The notes: a model not told the origin generated them from the sequence alone. 63,994 bases of DNA, filler included, from Streblomastix strix (GCA_008636045.1; 4 parts of 4 records of this genome joined end to end with filler, not necessarily neighbours in it), one strand, 5' to 3'; positions 46,301-60,585 are shown, counted from the first letter of the whole stretch. A program made the numbers and translations.

Positions 46301-48366
46301 ATAATATCAGGGATGTTACTTGTATGATTAACCCAATCAATCATCTTATTCGAATTACATGGGAAGAGAAAGTTGATATGTTAGGGTGTATATCATTAGC
46401 TCAAATTGCTAGTTAAATTAAATACAAGTACTGTTATGATAAATTCGATATCAATGCAAGTTATAATATAGTTAATGGATTTGAATAATTTGAAGTCACT
46501 TAATACTGGTGGAATAACAAAGTCAAAGAATATATTAATCAAGATGAGTTCGCTAAGAGGGATACAACCAATAATGTTACTGAGGATGATTTTGAATGGA
46601 TTAGAGATAAAGTAGCTAATAAAACATGCCATCTATGCCACAACAAATTCACTAAAGAAAACAAACCTACTTTAGACAGAATTGATAATTCAATTGGTCA
46701 CATAAAATAGAACTGTTAACTAGCTTGTTAAATATGTAACACAGTTAAGGCTTATAAAGATAATGATATTAGTAAATTAAAGATATAATTAATGAAATAT
46801 GCTATCCATGAACATCTGCCTATGACCATTAATAATGAGTCTGTATATAATATGTTAAAGGAATGTATGTAAGGTGGACAGTCTAATGTGTATCATTAAT
46901 GCAATTTGAAAGGTATCACACACATCAACAAGCTTAGATATAACCACGTTACTAAAACAATAGCATCATATGATAATTAGTATGTTGTTACTCACATCCT
47001 TGATTTAGATTTCAACTCTCTCTATCCAAGTGTATTTAGTGGAATAGTCAACAAAAATAACCCTTACACAAATAATCGAATATATCAAGCTGGTGGATTA
47101 ACTAACTATTTCAAGCGCACATCTAATAATTCAAAATAGAAAGCTCGTGATATAATTATGAGCTCAGATCGATACGCTGACAAAGGGTAACTGTTCTGTG
47201 TTCGTATTAATGGTCATATTGATGAAAAACATATTAATTCACACATAAATTTAGCACCGATATGGAGGAAATTAACATATAACAATTCAATTGAATAGAT
47301 TGGAGAATTTATGTACAATAAGATGAAATCATAGGGATTAACTGTTAACAAACCTACTACAAAACTAATATCATTGCTATCAACGCACAATCAATAAATG
47401 TGTTTCACTAGTTATATTTTTTGGTTTTTGATTGACTATTGTAATTTAATTATTGATGACATTGATTCAATAGCCATATTTGATAAACACCTAGGTTTTG
47501 AATCATTTGCATGTACAATGATGGCTAAGAGATAGGATGCAATTAGCCAACACAATGATACAAAATCGCTATACTACAAATAGATTCTAAATAGTGCTTT
47601 TGGAGGAGAAGGATAAAATAATGCGAAATTTGATAAGATTTAATTCAACAATGCTAGACAGGCATCGCTCAAGTAATTGAAACAAGATCATAAGGCAACA
47701 AGAAAATTAAGTGATGATATATACAATTCTGATGGAAGCCTTAGTGAAGAGGCATAATATATGGTTAGTGAGTCACCTAGATAATTTAAGTGTAATAAGC
47801 CATTGCAAGAAGCTGTGTTCACTCTAGACAATTGCAAGTTTTGGTATCTAAATTTCGTATATAACTTTCTCTATAAATGTGTTGATATGGATAGTGTTCA
47901 CTTCTGTAATATGGATACTGACTCAATGTATTTAGCTATTGCAGGATCATAAATTGAAGGTTATAAATAAGGATTGAAGTATGTAATCAAAGACTAACTA
48001 TTCTATGACTAACACTATAAAGAATGGTTGCCTTGGGGCAATTGCACTGTTGCTGAAGAGAAGAAATTAATGGGGATTACAACTAAGTCAAAGGGTGAAA
48101 ATATCGTTTGTCTTGCACCTAAATGTTAAAGTCTATACAATGGAAACGAACAAAATGATGACATAGTTTCATTAGTGAATCGCATGAAAGGAGTCAGTGA
48201 AAAGGATGCTAATCTAACAACTAATGACTATATTAAATGCTTGATTGAAGGATGTAATATCAATGTGACAACTAATAATTTATAGATGAAAATGGGAGTA
48301 ATGTCCATGATTAGTATGGAAAAATCATCACTTACTGGAATTCATAATAAAATGGTTGTATTATCT
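43330..48366 (+). CDS. Giant pPolB (>1679 aa): Q-rich coiled coil, two IQ-like motifs, probable terminal-protein and OTU-like protease region, Zn finger, exonuclease, HNH insert, polymerase
   Basis: One frame from ATG 43330 to the contig end. ExoI FDFET (45613), ExoII GFNSKKFD, ExoIII YNIRDV, HNH 46627-46749, motif A DFNSLYPS (47008), motif B KQILNSAFG (47578), motif C DTDS (47914). Confidence 0.95.
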
Positions 48367-48466
48367 NNNNNNNNNNNNNNNNNNNNNNNNNNNNNNNNNN
48401 NNNNNNNNNNTTAATTAATTAANNNNNNNNNNNNNNNNNNNNNNNNNNNNNNNNNNNNNNNNNNNN
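48367..48466. other. Artificial contig spacer
   Basis: N44-TTAATTAATTAA-N44. Confidence 0.99.
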
Positions 48467-49545
48467 AATTTGAGAAGAAGTAATATAAATAATATTGGTA
48501 AAAGAAAGGCAAAGAATATAAAGAAGAAGAATTTGAAGCAAGTTCTGGACTTATTGGAGTATTGATTGATTCAGGAGAACGAGAATATGTAGAGAAATAT
48601 TAGAAGATATTTGATGAAAAAGTTCTCCCATTTATTTCTCCTTGCCATCATAAGTCATTTGTGAATAATAAAGAGTAAAATGAGGAGATCAATAAAGAAG
48701 AGAATATAAAGAAGAAAGATGAGGAAGAAATTGATGCATAACTTGATGCGAATAAGAAGATAGAGAAAGACAAAAATGAAGAGAAATAAGAAGAAGGTAT
48801 ATTGGATGAAGCTTAAGAAAGAAAACAGGCAGATGAAAAACTTGCAAATGCATTGGTGAATATCCCTTCATCTTAATATTGGACCGTTATACAGGCTGTT
48901 CGTGTTTCTCTTCCATCTCTTACTAGCACTTCTCAATCATCATCATCATCTTCTTCTTCTTCTTCCATTGATTAGTAGAACCTTCAATCAGATCTTCAAG
49001 AAGCATCAGTTATTGAAATCAAAAGACATTCGTCACTATTAAATATTTATCAGTGTACATCTATGAATGCTACCCCTCAAATAAGGAATTTAGCAATGTC
49101 TGCGTTATTCAGATTTACATCTTAACCGATTTTTGAAGCCAATCTTAAATTGTTGTTGGAAGAAAATGCTGAATATGGAATTCGCTTGTAAGATGTTCAT
49201 CATGCAGCGTATTATTTGTCTCTTTAAAGCACATCTGGACAGGCGACACAGCTCTGGAGATGGTTGGTTCAGAAGGATCTGAGTGGTGCATATATAAACT
49301 TCTCTAAATTGTTGAAGCGTCTTGATGGAATGCGCCTCCTCAAATACTTCCTTGAAAGTGCATCAGAGTATGTAGTTCTTCAGAGTGATGCAGAAATTAG
49401 GGAAGCGGAGGTATTTTTGCTAGCTCATAGCAAAAGCATTCTCGCATCAACAGCCTCCATCATTTTGGATTAGTTGCAATAAAACAAAGAGCTCTGGGAA
49501 TCTCATGGTGACTTTGTCTTGAATTGGCTCGATTCACTTAATTGA
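48467..49545 (+). CDS. M1 aminopeptidase ERAP1-like C-terminal domain (3' end only)
   Basis: RNLAMSAL...GIRLQDV...QLWRWL...EAEVFL...QNKELWESHGDFVLNWL then TGA follows the helical C-terminal pattern of M1 aminopeptidases. The catalytic domain is not in the window. Confidence 0.6.
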
Positions 49546-49714
49546 TCATAATTATACAACAATAAGTTAAAATTATGCCATGGTACCGTTAAACAACCGC
49601 ACTTTAATAAAAATACGTTGAACTCGTTATATATTGCAATATTCTACAATTTATTGAATAATGAATTAATTTTATTTATAATTCATAATGTTGATATAAA
49701 ATTTTGAATAGGCA

Positions 49715-50791
49715 ATGGAAATACTATCACCTGGTGAAGCGTTGTTTGTCAGACAAAGAATCATGAGCGGTATGCGCTGTGATGGTCGAGAGTTATTGGA
49801 GCTACGACCAGTATCTGTAGAAATTGACGTTTTAAAAAATTGTTTAGCTTCGTCTAGAATAAGAATAGGCTCACGCGGCGAAGGAACTGAGGTTCTTGTT
49901 GGGCTAAAAGGAGAAACATATAGGGTTCCTAAAAAAAAAGATGAAGAAAGAACCCTGTAAACTATTTACCCTCCGGTGGAAGTGTCAGTCAATTTTTTAC
50001 CAGGAGTAGAAGCTGCTATACTCACTCCAAGTATGCGTGTGCAAACGCTTGATAGTAGATATACTGAACTATCAGGGATAGAAAACAATACATTGCCATT
50101 TGGATCATCATAATAGAGCATTGATGGTGTAGTCAGTGATGTAAGCATATCAGCTGATACAGCCCCAGGTATCAGTAGCACTTCTAGTACATAAGATGTT
50201 GAGACTATGCTTTAATCACATTTTAATGCTATATTCAATTCTGATCGAGTTAATCGTTCTGAGGATAAGAAAGGCCCTTTGGCAATTGATGAAATGGACT
50301 GCGAATGGAAATTGTTTGCAGATGTTGTTGTAGTAGAATATGCTGGCTCGCTTATAGAAGCAACTTCTATGGGTATCTATGCTTCACTTAGTACACTTCG
50401 TTTGCCTGTTCCTGTAATTAATCCAGAAGAAAAAAATAATACAGAGGAAGAAGAAGGAGAATCATTTATTCTTTCTCCTTTTGCAAGAGTAGATCATATT
50501 CCAATCTCAGTATCATGTTTTGTAATGAATTCAGACAAAGGAACTCATTCAGATCCACTGATTTATATTGATGCTGACACAAAGGAAGAAGCTTGTGCAT
50601 CTGCTAAACTCTTATATAGTACAGCATAAAATGGAGAAATATACTATGCAGAGAAGGTTCATGGTGATGGCTGTGTTAGTTTGAAGACATTTAGTGTGGC
50701 ACGAAGAGTTTCTCGGGAAAAGGCGCAGATTCTTGCAAGTAAAATTAACTAGGCACTTCACCAACGAACTGGAGAGGGATCGACTCATTGA
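49715..50791 (+). CDS. EXOSC7: Exosome complex RNase PH subunit RRP42
   Basis: LSPGEALFV...GMRCDGRELLELRPV...SSRIRIG...TEVLVGLKGE, WKLFADVVVVEYAGSL, IDADTKEEAC. Intronless, 358 aa with TAA/TAG=Gln. Confidence 0.88.
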
Positions 50792-50891
50792 TTACAAAAA
50801 ATTAAATGAACAAATATAATATCACTTCATGCACTTCATCAATATATTGGGCAAAAATAAGCAAAAGTTTTTATCTTAATTTATTAGTTAA

Positions 50892-53425
50892 TCATTTGTT
50901 AGGTTCGAGTCTAGCTAACTTTTCTTTGAAGAATTATTTAGCATTTCGAACTTTCTCAGGTGAAATGTTGTGAATAGCATCAATTGGCTGAAATGAAAAT
51001 AGATTGAAGTCAAGTGGGATATTGATTAAAGGAGAAAGATAAGGAGGATGTTGCAATTATTTGATTAAGTTACTTTTATTTTCATCATTGAGTCCGTTAA
51101 TATCCAATTATGCTAGAATGTCATCTACAGTTGCATTTTCAAAAATAAAATTCTATTATTCAATATTAACTTAATCTAATTCTTATTATTTATTCCTCTA
51201 ATCAATAGAAATAGACTCATCAGGTATTTCTTCAATTAGTAATTTGCTCTTTTTTAGAATTTCTTTCTTTTGCTAAATATTTTCTTTATCTTAGGTTGAT
51301 GGAAAAGGTGGAATGGATTCATGAAATGAAGAGAAGCAAGTTCGATGATCAGCAAATCCTTCATTAATAATATTTCCATGTTAGTGAATATCTTTTGTTT
51401 TATTCTATTATTCTAAATATGGTAAATGTTACGAAAATAAAACATGAGCAATTGAGCATCCAGATAATGAATAACATGTGTGATAAAGATCCGTATGCGT
51501 AGATGGCTTATCTTTCAGACCACCTGTCCTATCCTGGCAGCATCCTAATGCATATGAAAGAAGTCCTTATGGTTAAAATATTGGACGAATTCGAGGTAAT
51601 TAAAAGTTGAGAGAGAGTTGTTATTATTAAAGATTTAGTGATTAATTTAATTCATCAAAATGAGATTTCACTTGATCATATCTATACATTTTAACATGAC
51701 GATAGGCGGCGAGTTGTTGTTTTTCTTTCTATAGACCTAATTTTGAAGATGTATCTTTTGCCTTATCTTTATCTTTTTCTTCTAAATTTGTTTCTGGCAA
51801 TGAATTTTCAATCAAGAGATTGGAATTTTCGATTGAAAGATTGGAATTATCATCCGATTCATCTGAGTTATTACTATCATAATCAACATATTTATTGTCT
51901 TATTTCTATCCCTCAACATGACTAACATTTTAAGGAATATCGTCCAATGAATTACTTTCATTTCTAGAGAAAAGTAAACTAGTATGTTTTTAATTTTATT
52001 TATTCTTCTTCTTTTTTTGCAAGTTTTGATCTATTTTAATTTAATTTTCTTATTCAACCCAAATATTATAATTATTTCCTCCTTATGATCCAGAGTCTGC
52101 ATCTATTCCAGATTCTTCTCTTTTTCTCCTTTAGTTAAGTTCAGATTCAATTCTCTCTTTTGTAGTTTTAGAATTAATCATTGCATGGAATCTTGTAAAT
52201 TGTGGCTAATTTGTAATATTTTTATCTTTTAATTAAGTTATGCTTTGAAAATCATGCTTCTAAATTTATTAATCTTAATCTATATTTTCCTTCAATTCAT
52301 TTGATTTCAACTATTTAATAAATTCAGTATCTTTGACCAATTATTCAAATAATCCAGCAATTGCACATCCAGCACCTTACCAGAATGAATAACATGTATC
52401 AACAAGCTTTCCTGTTCTTCCACTAAATCCACCTTCTTCTGATCCTTATTATTTAACTAGCCAACGAATCAGTGAAGGTAAATCAAACCCAAGAAAATAT
52501 CCATTTCCATCTTTTAAAGATAAATTTCTATCAATAAAATTCTATCTATCAAAATCATCAAGCCCAGCTAATATCAATTGTGATGCTAATGCGCAATATG
52601 TATATCCACCATGCGCTTCATTCCCAGGTATACCAGCTATTCCTCCTTCGTGAGTCTAACAACGAGATATCAATGCAGATGTTCCAGATGTGATCTCATC
52701 ATCTAAAAGGCCACATAATGAAAGCACTGATAAAGATCCATATATAATACGAGTATCACACTCACTTAGAAATGGTCGTTCAGCAAAAAATAATCCTTTA
52801 TATGAATAATTAGTGTTTGACTTTGGTAATTGTGCCCAATGAGGAATTTGCTATTAATAATTCGTTTTATTTTCTTCTCCAAAATGGTTTCTTCCCAGAA
52901 AGTTTCGAAGTTTTTATAGATCAATTACATCCAATGCTTCTGGGGAATTGAGAATTGTAAGTGCATGTATGCATGCATATGTTGAAAGTACGTGCGATGA
53001 ATAATGAGAATTGCCTCCAAATCCACCAAATTCATTTTATAATCTGGCAATAGATGCAATTAGATATCTCATTAATGGAGAATCTCGACGAACAGAAGCA
53101 CCCATACATTCAAGAGAATGCAACGTCCAAAAGAAAACCTTGATAATTATAATTAAACAAATTAAATTTAAAAACTAATGAAAAATTGCTATACCCAAGC
53201 ACGTGATGCATCCAAGCGTTGCATTGATTTTGGTAGGCCTATCATACTCTTACACAAAAATTTAATGTGCATCAAACGGTTTAATTCAACTCCGTTGGGT
53301 TCTCTAGCAAGTTCCTCTGTTCTTTTTCTTGAAATGTTACTGCGTGTACTCAAAATTTCGCGGAGTGAGTGGGGAAAATTTTCTGTAAAATCACTATTAT
53401 TTCTCTTAAATCGACTCGCTTTCAT
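50892..53425 (-). CDS. FNTB: Protein farnesyltransferase subunit beta with long low-complexity insertions
   Basis: LDASRAW|VFFW (intron 53194-53139), ECDTR, CQTHEGG, EAHGGYTYC, GRTGKLVDTCYSFWQG, GGLKDKP, DLYHTCYSLSG. Confidence 0.93.
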
Positions 53426-53750
53426 ATACAAATATATTATATTTACAACTATGATAAAATAAGTCTGCTTTAATAAAAATAAGTGAATAAATATAAGCAG
53501 ATGGGCAAAAATTCGAAAAATTGTTTGTGCACATGTTTTAGCAGAAACCAGTATAAAATTTTGTTTTATATGAAAACAAATCAAACAATAAAATTTGATT
53601 ATGAATAATTACTAACAATATTTACTAATTAGGTCTCCCTATAATGTACAATTTGAGTTGATACTCATTATTGAATTTATTATTATTCAAAAAATAAATA
53701 AAAATGAACGATTAATGAAAAAATTACTTTAATAATTCAATCTATGCTTA

Positions 53751-56700
53751 TCACCAAATCCAAGTCATTCTAACTCCGCAGTATATACAGCGTGGTCGTA
53801 TTCCAGCAGCACTCAATTAATGCGACTCGTTTGTTGGATCTTATTGATCTTTCTCCTGCTTCCATTCCTCGTAGCATTCTCCAGCTGATCTAAATATTTC
53901 AGCAATCTCTATGGTTACTGGTCTCACAACCGATTTATTATTGCAAATAGGGCAGCTCCAACATGAAGAATCTCCAGCCAGACCCAATGTGTGCATACAT
54001 CTATTAATAACATGGCATGAGCTAGGTTGCGTATATCCAAAATTATCTGCAGTGTGCAATGTACCACCACTACATTAGGCTGTACATATATCTGTGAATG
54101 AAACAGGCTTATTACAAAATGGGCATAACTCTTTGTATGTCAAAATACCTGGAGATGAAACTTATTCCTTATAATCTGTTGCTGGAGATGGTGATGATAT
54201 TAAATTTGAATTGGAGATGTTTTATATAAATTATGTAGCATATTATAATTATTTAATCTTCAATTCTTCTTCTCTCTTCTTCTGCTTCTCAGCAAATTGT
54301 CTAATAAAGAGGATCCAAACTACTAAACGAACAATGAACCCCGAAAAAAATGGCTTTGCCAATTCATGTCCTTTGGCTTACAATGAACTGATGCCAATTT
54401 CTTAAGCAACTTCACATGGATCAATTAATTATGAATTAATATTATTTTTAACAAGGTTTTATGCCAAATTATGATTGTATTTGTTATGATTAATAAGTTT
54501 ATCTTCTGCTTCAATGGTAAGTTTAGAAAATCTCCAAATATTATTAGTTTCAGTATATGAATTTTATTAATTACTAATAAATTCAGTAGTTTCTTAGAAT
54601 TATTGATCAATTTAATCATCTTTGTCAATATTTATTTTTTCTTTTTCAATTCTATTTCCTATTTCATTTTTATCTTCTCCATCTCCTTCTTATTCTTACA
54701 ATTTATTTTGATCCTTTAAATTTCTTCCTTTACATAATCCTGAATAACACGAAGTAACAAAAGCTACAGAAAGAATTGTCATATTTGCTTCAGTTCTGGC
54801 ATTTCTTTCATTCCCTGAAATAATACGAAGTGATGTTGATAATTACAAAAGCCTTATTGCAGCATATTTGGCAGAACAAGGAAGCGCTAAATCGCTGGAG
54901 TTAATAAACATTTATATTTATTATTTTGATTATATATCTTTTATTAATTGAGTTTGTTTTAAAGGAAGATTTGAGAAATAATTAGCAAAATTAGTTTATT
55001 AATTGTTTTAACTTTGATTTTCTTATTCTTTTTATTCATTTAATGATTCAATATTTCCCCTTATCTCTTTTCCTTTCTCTTTCTATCTATTCTCATAATC
55101 TTTCTGTTATTATTAATCTACACAAGATCCATCAGTAATTTTGACTGGAAAAGGTATTACTATTTCAAATTAATAATGATTAATATACACATGACAAAAA
55201 AGTTAATAAATAAGAAGATTAATATAAATATTTATTATTATAATACATATTTATTAAGCAAACTTTATCTCACAATTTCAGGCACATCAAATTCCAATTT
55301 TTTTTTCTTCCAAATCTCAAAGTCTATATTTTTCTTCTTTTCATACTAAAATTATTATTTCCTTCTTAATTACGAATCTAAATTAAGTTATCCTTCATCT
55401 TAGTTAACACATTAATCTTCATTATCACCCGTTTGTTCTTCAATATCCATCATCCAATCGTCAGAAAATGTATTAATGTCATTTTCATCCCCATAAATTT
55501 AATTTTCTTTCTCTTATAAATTATTATTCACAAATTAATTATTATTTATGTTTTTTATAATTGGTTGCTATTGTAATAATTAATCATACTGCTAAGATTG
55601 TTATTATAATAATTATTCTCCAATATCTTCCCTTCTTTTTTCACTGTGAAATTATTACAAAGATTTTTATAATGATTAAGGAATTAATGTCATTTATTAA
55701 TTTATTGATTATTATTATGAAGATGAAGGTAAAGAATTAATTTAGTTCTAATTCAAGTCAGGAAAGAAGTGAAGGAATGATTATTAATTTTAAACTTCTT
55801 AATGTGGAATTAAAGATATTGTCTATTATTGTGTTTATAGTCCTTATTATGTAAAAGATTAAATAGAACCAAAAGAATTATTATTCATATTATTAATAAG
55901 GGGAGGAGAAAGAAATAATGTTTATTATTATGTGGGAATTAATTTATCAATATCAATTGACTAAGGAGTTTATGGAATTGGAGAATAAGATAAAGAAGAA
56001 GAAGATATTTATGGATTTAAATTAGTTTATATGGGAGAATATTATGACGATGTATATGATAAATCAGATGCCGCTAAACTTTAAGGAATTAATGTGTCCT
56101 AATCTTTTTCCATTTCTTTGCTATTCTTCACTTTTTCTTAATTATTATTCTTGTTATTTGTTCTATTCCACTCTTCTTTTATTTCCCTTTCATATAATAA
56201 CTTCAAATTCTTTAATAATCCATCTGCAATTATATCCAGCATATTTATAATCTTTTATAAAATTGTCTAAATTTCATTTCTTTATTATTTTTTCTCTTTT
56301 ATTATTTTGTCAAACTTTCCTTTCTTTTAATCATAAATATATTCTATTTCATAGTCATTATTCTAAATAAATCCAAATCCTAAATTAATTCCAGAATTAA
56401 AACGAGACAAGAAAGAAGAATTAACTTATTTCTTTGTATTAGAGATTGGTTTATCTGAATATTTGTCGACAATTGTATATAACAGAGTTAATAAATGAGA
56501 TGGAAATGGGTGAAATGAAAGAGATACTAATGTGCTTAGAATGAACTAGAAATCAGATATGTTTGAAGGAGGTTAATTTTGTTGTCCAAATTTATTTCTT
56601 TTGCCATAAACTATTCTTCGAATAATTGCATCATGAATTAATTACGATATTTTAGGCGAAGATCGATACTATGTAGAATGTAATTATGAAGATTAATTTT

Positions 56701-59700
56701 AGATTGGTTTTTATTAATTAATAAATAATGAATTTCGAGTGATTTATTCTTTCTCTTCAATCTCTTTATTAACCAATAATTTATTAGGAAGAGTGCTTAT
56801 GATTTTAATAACTGACACTCTACTGGCTCTATTTCCCAATCTTTCCATTTATTCAGATGAAAGGAATGAAACTAATAATCCATTTGTAGATGAAACAATT
56901 CCATATAGAGATGATGGAGTTTGTGATGATTAAAATGAATTCTAAGATGATTAAGAAGAATTGTTCGCTTAATCTGTTGCTAGAAGTGAAGAGCTTGATG
57001 AAGCTATTTATTATTTTATTTCACATCTATATGAAATAGGATTGCTAAGTATAGAACTATTGAATGGTAATTATTTCTATTTCTTTATTTATTATTATTT
57101 TTAATTTTCCTTATTATTATTATTATCCTTTTCCATTAATTAATCTTCTTTTTCTTTTCCCCCTAACTATTTAGTTTTATTATTACCCCAAATGTCTTTT
57201 TCATTCTCTTATCCAATATTCTTATCCAATATAATATTTCTCTATTTCATTTCTTCATTCATTCTTACATCCCAAACGCATTCACTCCCATCAACAGATA
57301 CAGAATGTAATCCTCTAATTGAAAAACATACTCCTGAGACCAATGATTAATGAACTGTGTTGTTGTGTGAGAAAGAAAGAAGAAGTGGAAATGTATGAGA
57401 AGATTATTATTATGATGATGATGAAATGATTTATTGTTCAGGATGATCTGAAATTGATCGATTGAATTAATTCATTTGAAATGTATCTGAATGAAGTGAA
57501 AATAAAATTTAGTACATATTTTCTTTGTGAGTCTTATTAATTTTGTCTTCTTCATTCTCCCATAATCTAATCAAATATAAAGAAACTCCATTTCCTCTTC
57601 CAGCTGCTAATAGAATATCTGATTAAGGAAGAGATAAATGAAGTAGTGAAAATAATGAAGATGAAGGAATTGAAAATTATTATTAAGATTTTTATTAAGA
57701 TTATTATTAAGATTATTATTAAGATTATTATTAAGATTCATCTAATTATTATGGTTATTAATCGTTTTAAAATTATGGTCCTTCCACTTATTTCTACATC
57801 AATTCTTATTCTTATTCTTTTCTCTTTCTCAATTATTAATATTTTGATTCTTAAACTAATAATTTCACTTCAATATTATCACTTTCTGATTATAGTGAAA
57901 GAGAAGAATAATTAACAATAGGATCGTTTTCTATTTGTTGCTCATCTTCTTTACTATCTTTTCTTTCTTCCAGTTCACTTATTCTATTTTCTCTCTTATT
58001 AATATATTCATTTCTACATATATTATTTTTGTTGTATATATCACTATTACAAATTGACAATGAAACAACTGGACGAAGATCAGGTTTCTGATTAAATAAG
58101 AATTGATGTAAAGAATAAAGATAATAAAAATAAAATAATAAAAATACACACTTATATTCTCTTCACAATTCCTGTATGAGTCAGAATTACAATGGATCCA
58201 TCACTTCCTCCAGCTGCAACACATTTCTCTCCTTTAATTAAAAAATATAATAAATGAAAATGTGAATAAAAATAAAAATGACTAATTTTTTCAAATTATT
58301 CATTATTTTCCAATTAATTTCTAATCAAAATGGCTGATTTTCATACCCCAATCTATTCTCGTAACACTAATATCATTAAAAAACTAATATTCATTTAAAT
58401 ATTCTACTATATAATCTCTATTTAATAAACAATACAAATAAAAGAATGCAAAAAGTAAAGGAGAAAATTTCATTATAAAATTTAATTCTTCTTTTCATTA
58501 TTTCTCTTCATACTGAGTCCCCTTAATTTTCCCAACAGCCCAAAGAATACCTTTTCCATCCATTGTTCCCATTAATAGTTATGCTGAATTGACTGAGTAA
58601 AATCAATGAATAAAAAAAATACATAAATGAAAGGTTATATTGTAATATAAAGGTTATATTGTAATATAAAAAAGTATGATGTACATACATGAATTCAACC
58701 ATTTATTATTCTATTAGTTATTATTCTCATCATCAGATTGATTATCTTCTTTTTCATTTTCTTATTATTATTTCTATTTATTTATAATCTAGTCCTCATC
58801 CTCATCTTTTTATTCAACTTCATTCTTATCCTTCTCCATTTATTTACCTCTTCCTCTTCCTCTTCTTCTTCCCCTTATTCCTCTTCCTCTATTAAATATA
58901 ATCTATTCTTTCTCTCTCATATTATCATTATATTCTTGTTACTATTTCTCTTATTATTTATTTTCATCTTCAGCTCTTTTAATTTATCTTTGTTATTCAA
59001 TTTCATTTTATTGGATGAGTAACTTTTCAACATCAATTCCAATAGAAATACTTGACCTGAAAATTTAAATTTGAATAAAATAAATAAAAAAAACTAAATA
59101 AAAAAGTGCCTTGCTTTAGACCAAGCAACAGATGTTGCATATAATCTGTTTGATCTCAATCTAAAATCCTCCGATGTTAACTAAGAATAATTTATAATAA
59201 TGAAATATTAAATAACATTAATAAAGAAATATTAATATTTATTTATATAATAATTAATGAATATTTTTACAAATATAACATTTTCCATTCTATTAGCAAA
59301 TTCTGGTTTCACTTTCTTGTACCAAAGTTTTGAGATGGAAGTTAACTAAAATTAAATAAATGCAATAATTACATATTCACCTTCTAATTAAATAATCTTT
59401 AATTAATAACCTTTGTCCAATTTGAACTCATCGGTTATTAAGTAGGTCCAAAGAGAGAAAGAAATCCAGCATCTGAACAAACAGCTAAAATTGAACTAGC
59501 ATTTGCACCTAATCCTGATGGTGACCATGCAAAACATAAAACAGAGACTTCTTTGGAGAATCTAAATTATGAAAAATAAAGAATTAAATATTAAATAGAA
59601 AAGAAAAAATATGAATTAAAACCGAGAGAAAAAGTCAAGAGGAGCATCATCTAATATTTCGTAAATGAAAGAGAAAAGAATAATTATTGCAAATAAAGTA

Positions 59701-59953
59701 TAAAGTTCACCTCCTTTAATTAACTTGCCAACATTAAATGGATTTTCATAATCAATTTCCACAGAACCTCGACAAATATTCAATAGAGGTGGATGCTGAT
59801 GAAATTTAAATAAAAATTGTGTTTATAAAAAAATTAACATACAAATATATTTATTATGTTCTAAGCAGCTATACCAAGTTAGTTGTCTTCACTCCATTAT
59901 AATGTTGATGAGGTATCTGCTGCAGCAAAAGTACGAAACGAAAGAGAGGTCAT
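53751..59953 (-). CDS. TFIIIC 90 kDa (delta) subunit-like WD40 protein with C-terminal Zn fingers, multi-intron
   Basis: N-terminal LQWSEDNQLGIAA and FAWSPSGLG...ILAVCSDAGFLSLW. C-terminal ELCPFCNKPVSFTDICTAQC...RCMHTL...CPIC...RCIYCG, matching the GTF3C4 architecture. Large Q-rich insertions. Confidence 0.68.
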
Positions 59954-60028
59954 TTATTTCAAGTCTTGAATAAAGTATTAGAAGAGAATATAAAAAGTAA
60001 ATTAAAAGTAAAATTTAAACACAACATT

Positions 60029-60477
60029 AGAAAATTAATAATAATAAATATAATATATTATACAGTGCAAATTAAAACGCAAATAATTAGCGCTTTTAGT
60101 GAAAAATATATTTGTGTTGTGTTCTTGGACTGTGATATTGGGGGGAATGTTAAATGTGGTGTTATTTTTAGGATGAATATATTTTTGTTTAATTGATTGG
60201 TTAAACATATATTATACTATTCAAATTAAAACAAAAAAGCCAATTTTCTTGAATTTTTTTAATAATCTTATAGAGTCTTTCCAATGTTAAATATTTATGT
60301 TCAAATTATTCGCGCGGTGAATATGTGAGAAAATAAATATGTTTCATAAAAATACTATTTGTAGTCTAATAAATATCGAGGTACATTAATGATTTAATCA
60401 ATTCTGATTGGTATTTGTTTCTTATTCCTATTCTTATTTATTGACAATGGATACGTGTGGTGATGAGTAAATATGCA
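60029..60477. repeat. Direct repeat copy 1 (~450 bp)
   Basis: Near-identical to 63547-63994 (about ten differences by eye). Confidence 0.95.
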
Positions 60478-60585
60478 AATGAATAGATGTGTTGTGAAGT
60501 TGTCAAGAACAACAGTATCGAGCGAAGTGAAGTGAAAGTGTAGTGGAAATGGAAATGGAAATGGAAATGGAAATTGAAATGGGAA

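Larger units (their letters stand above)
42237..48366 (+). mobile_element. Element B, near-intact copy: left TIR, tandem repeats, small ORF and giant pPolB; right end cut by contig end
   Basis: TIR matches the one at 14971-15059. Two open reading frames with no TGA or frameshift seen, unlike the decayed flank. Confidence 0.85.

Noticed and set aside
58631..58670. 20-bp tandem duplication AAGGTTATATTGTAATATAA
   Set aside because: A simple slippage duplication inside a probable intron.
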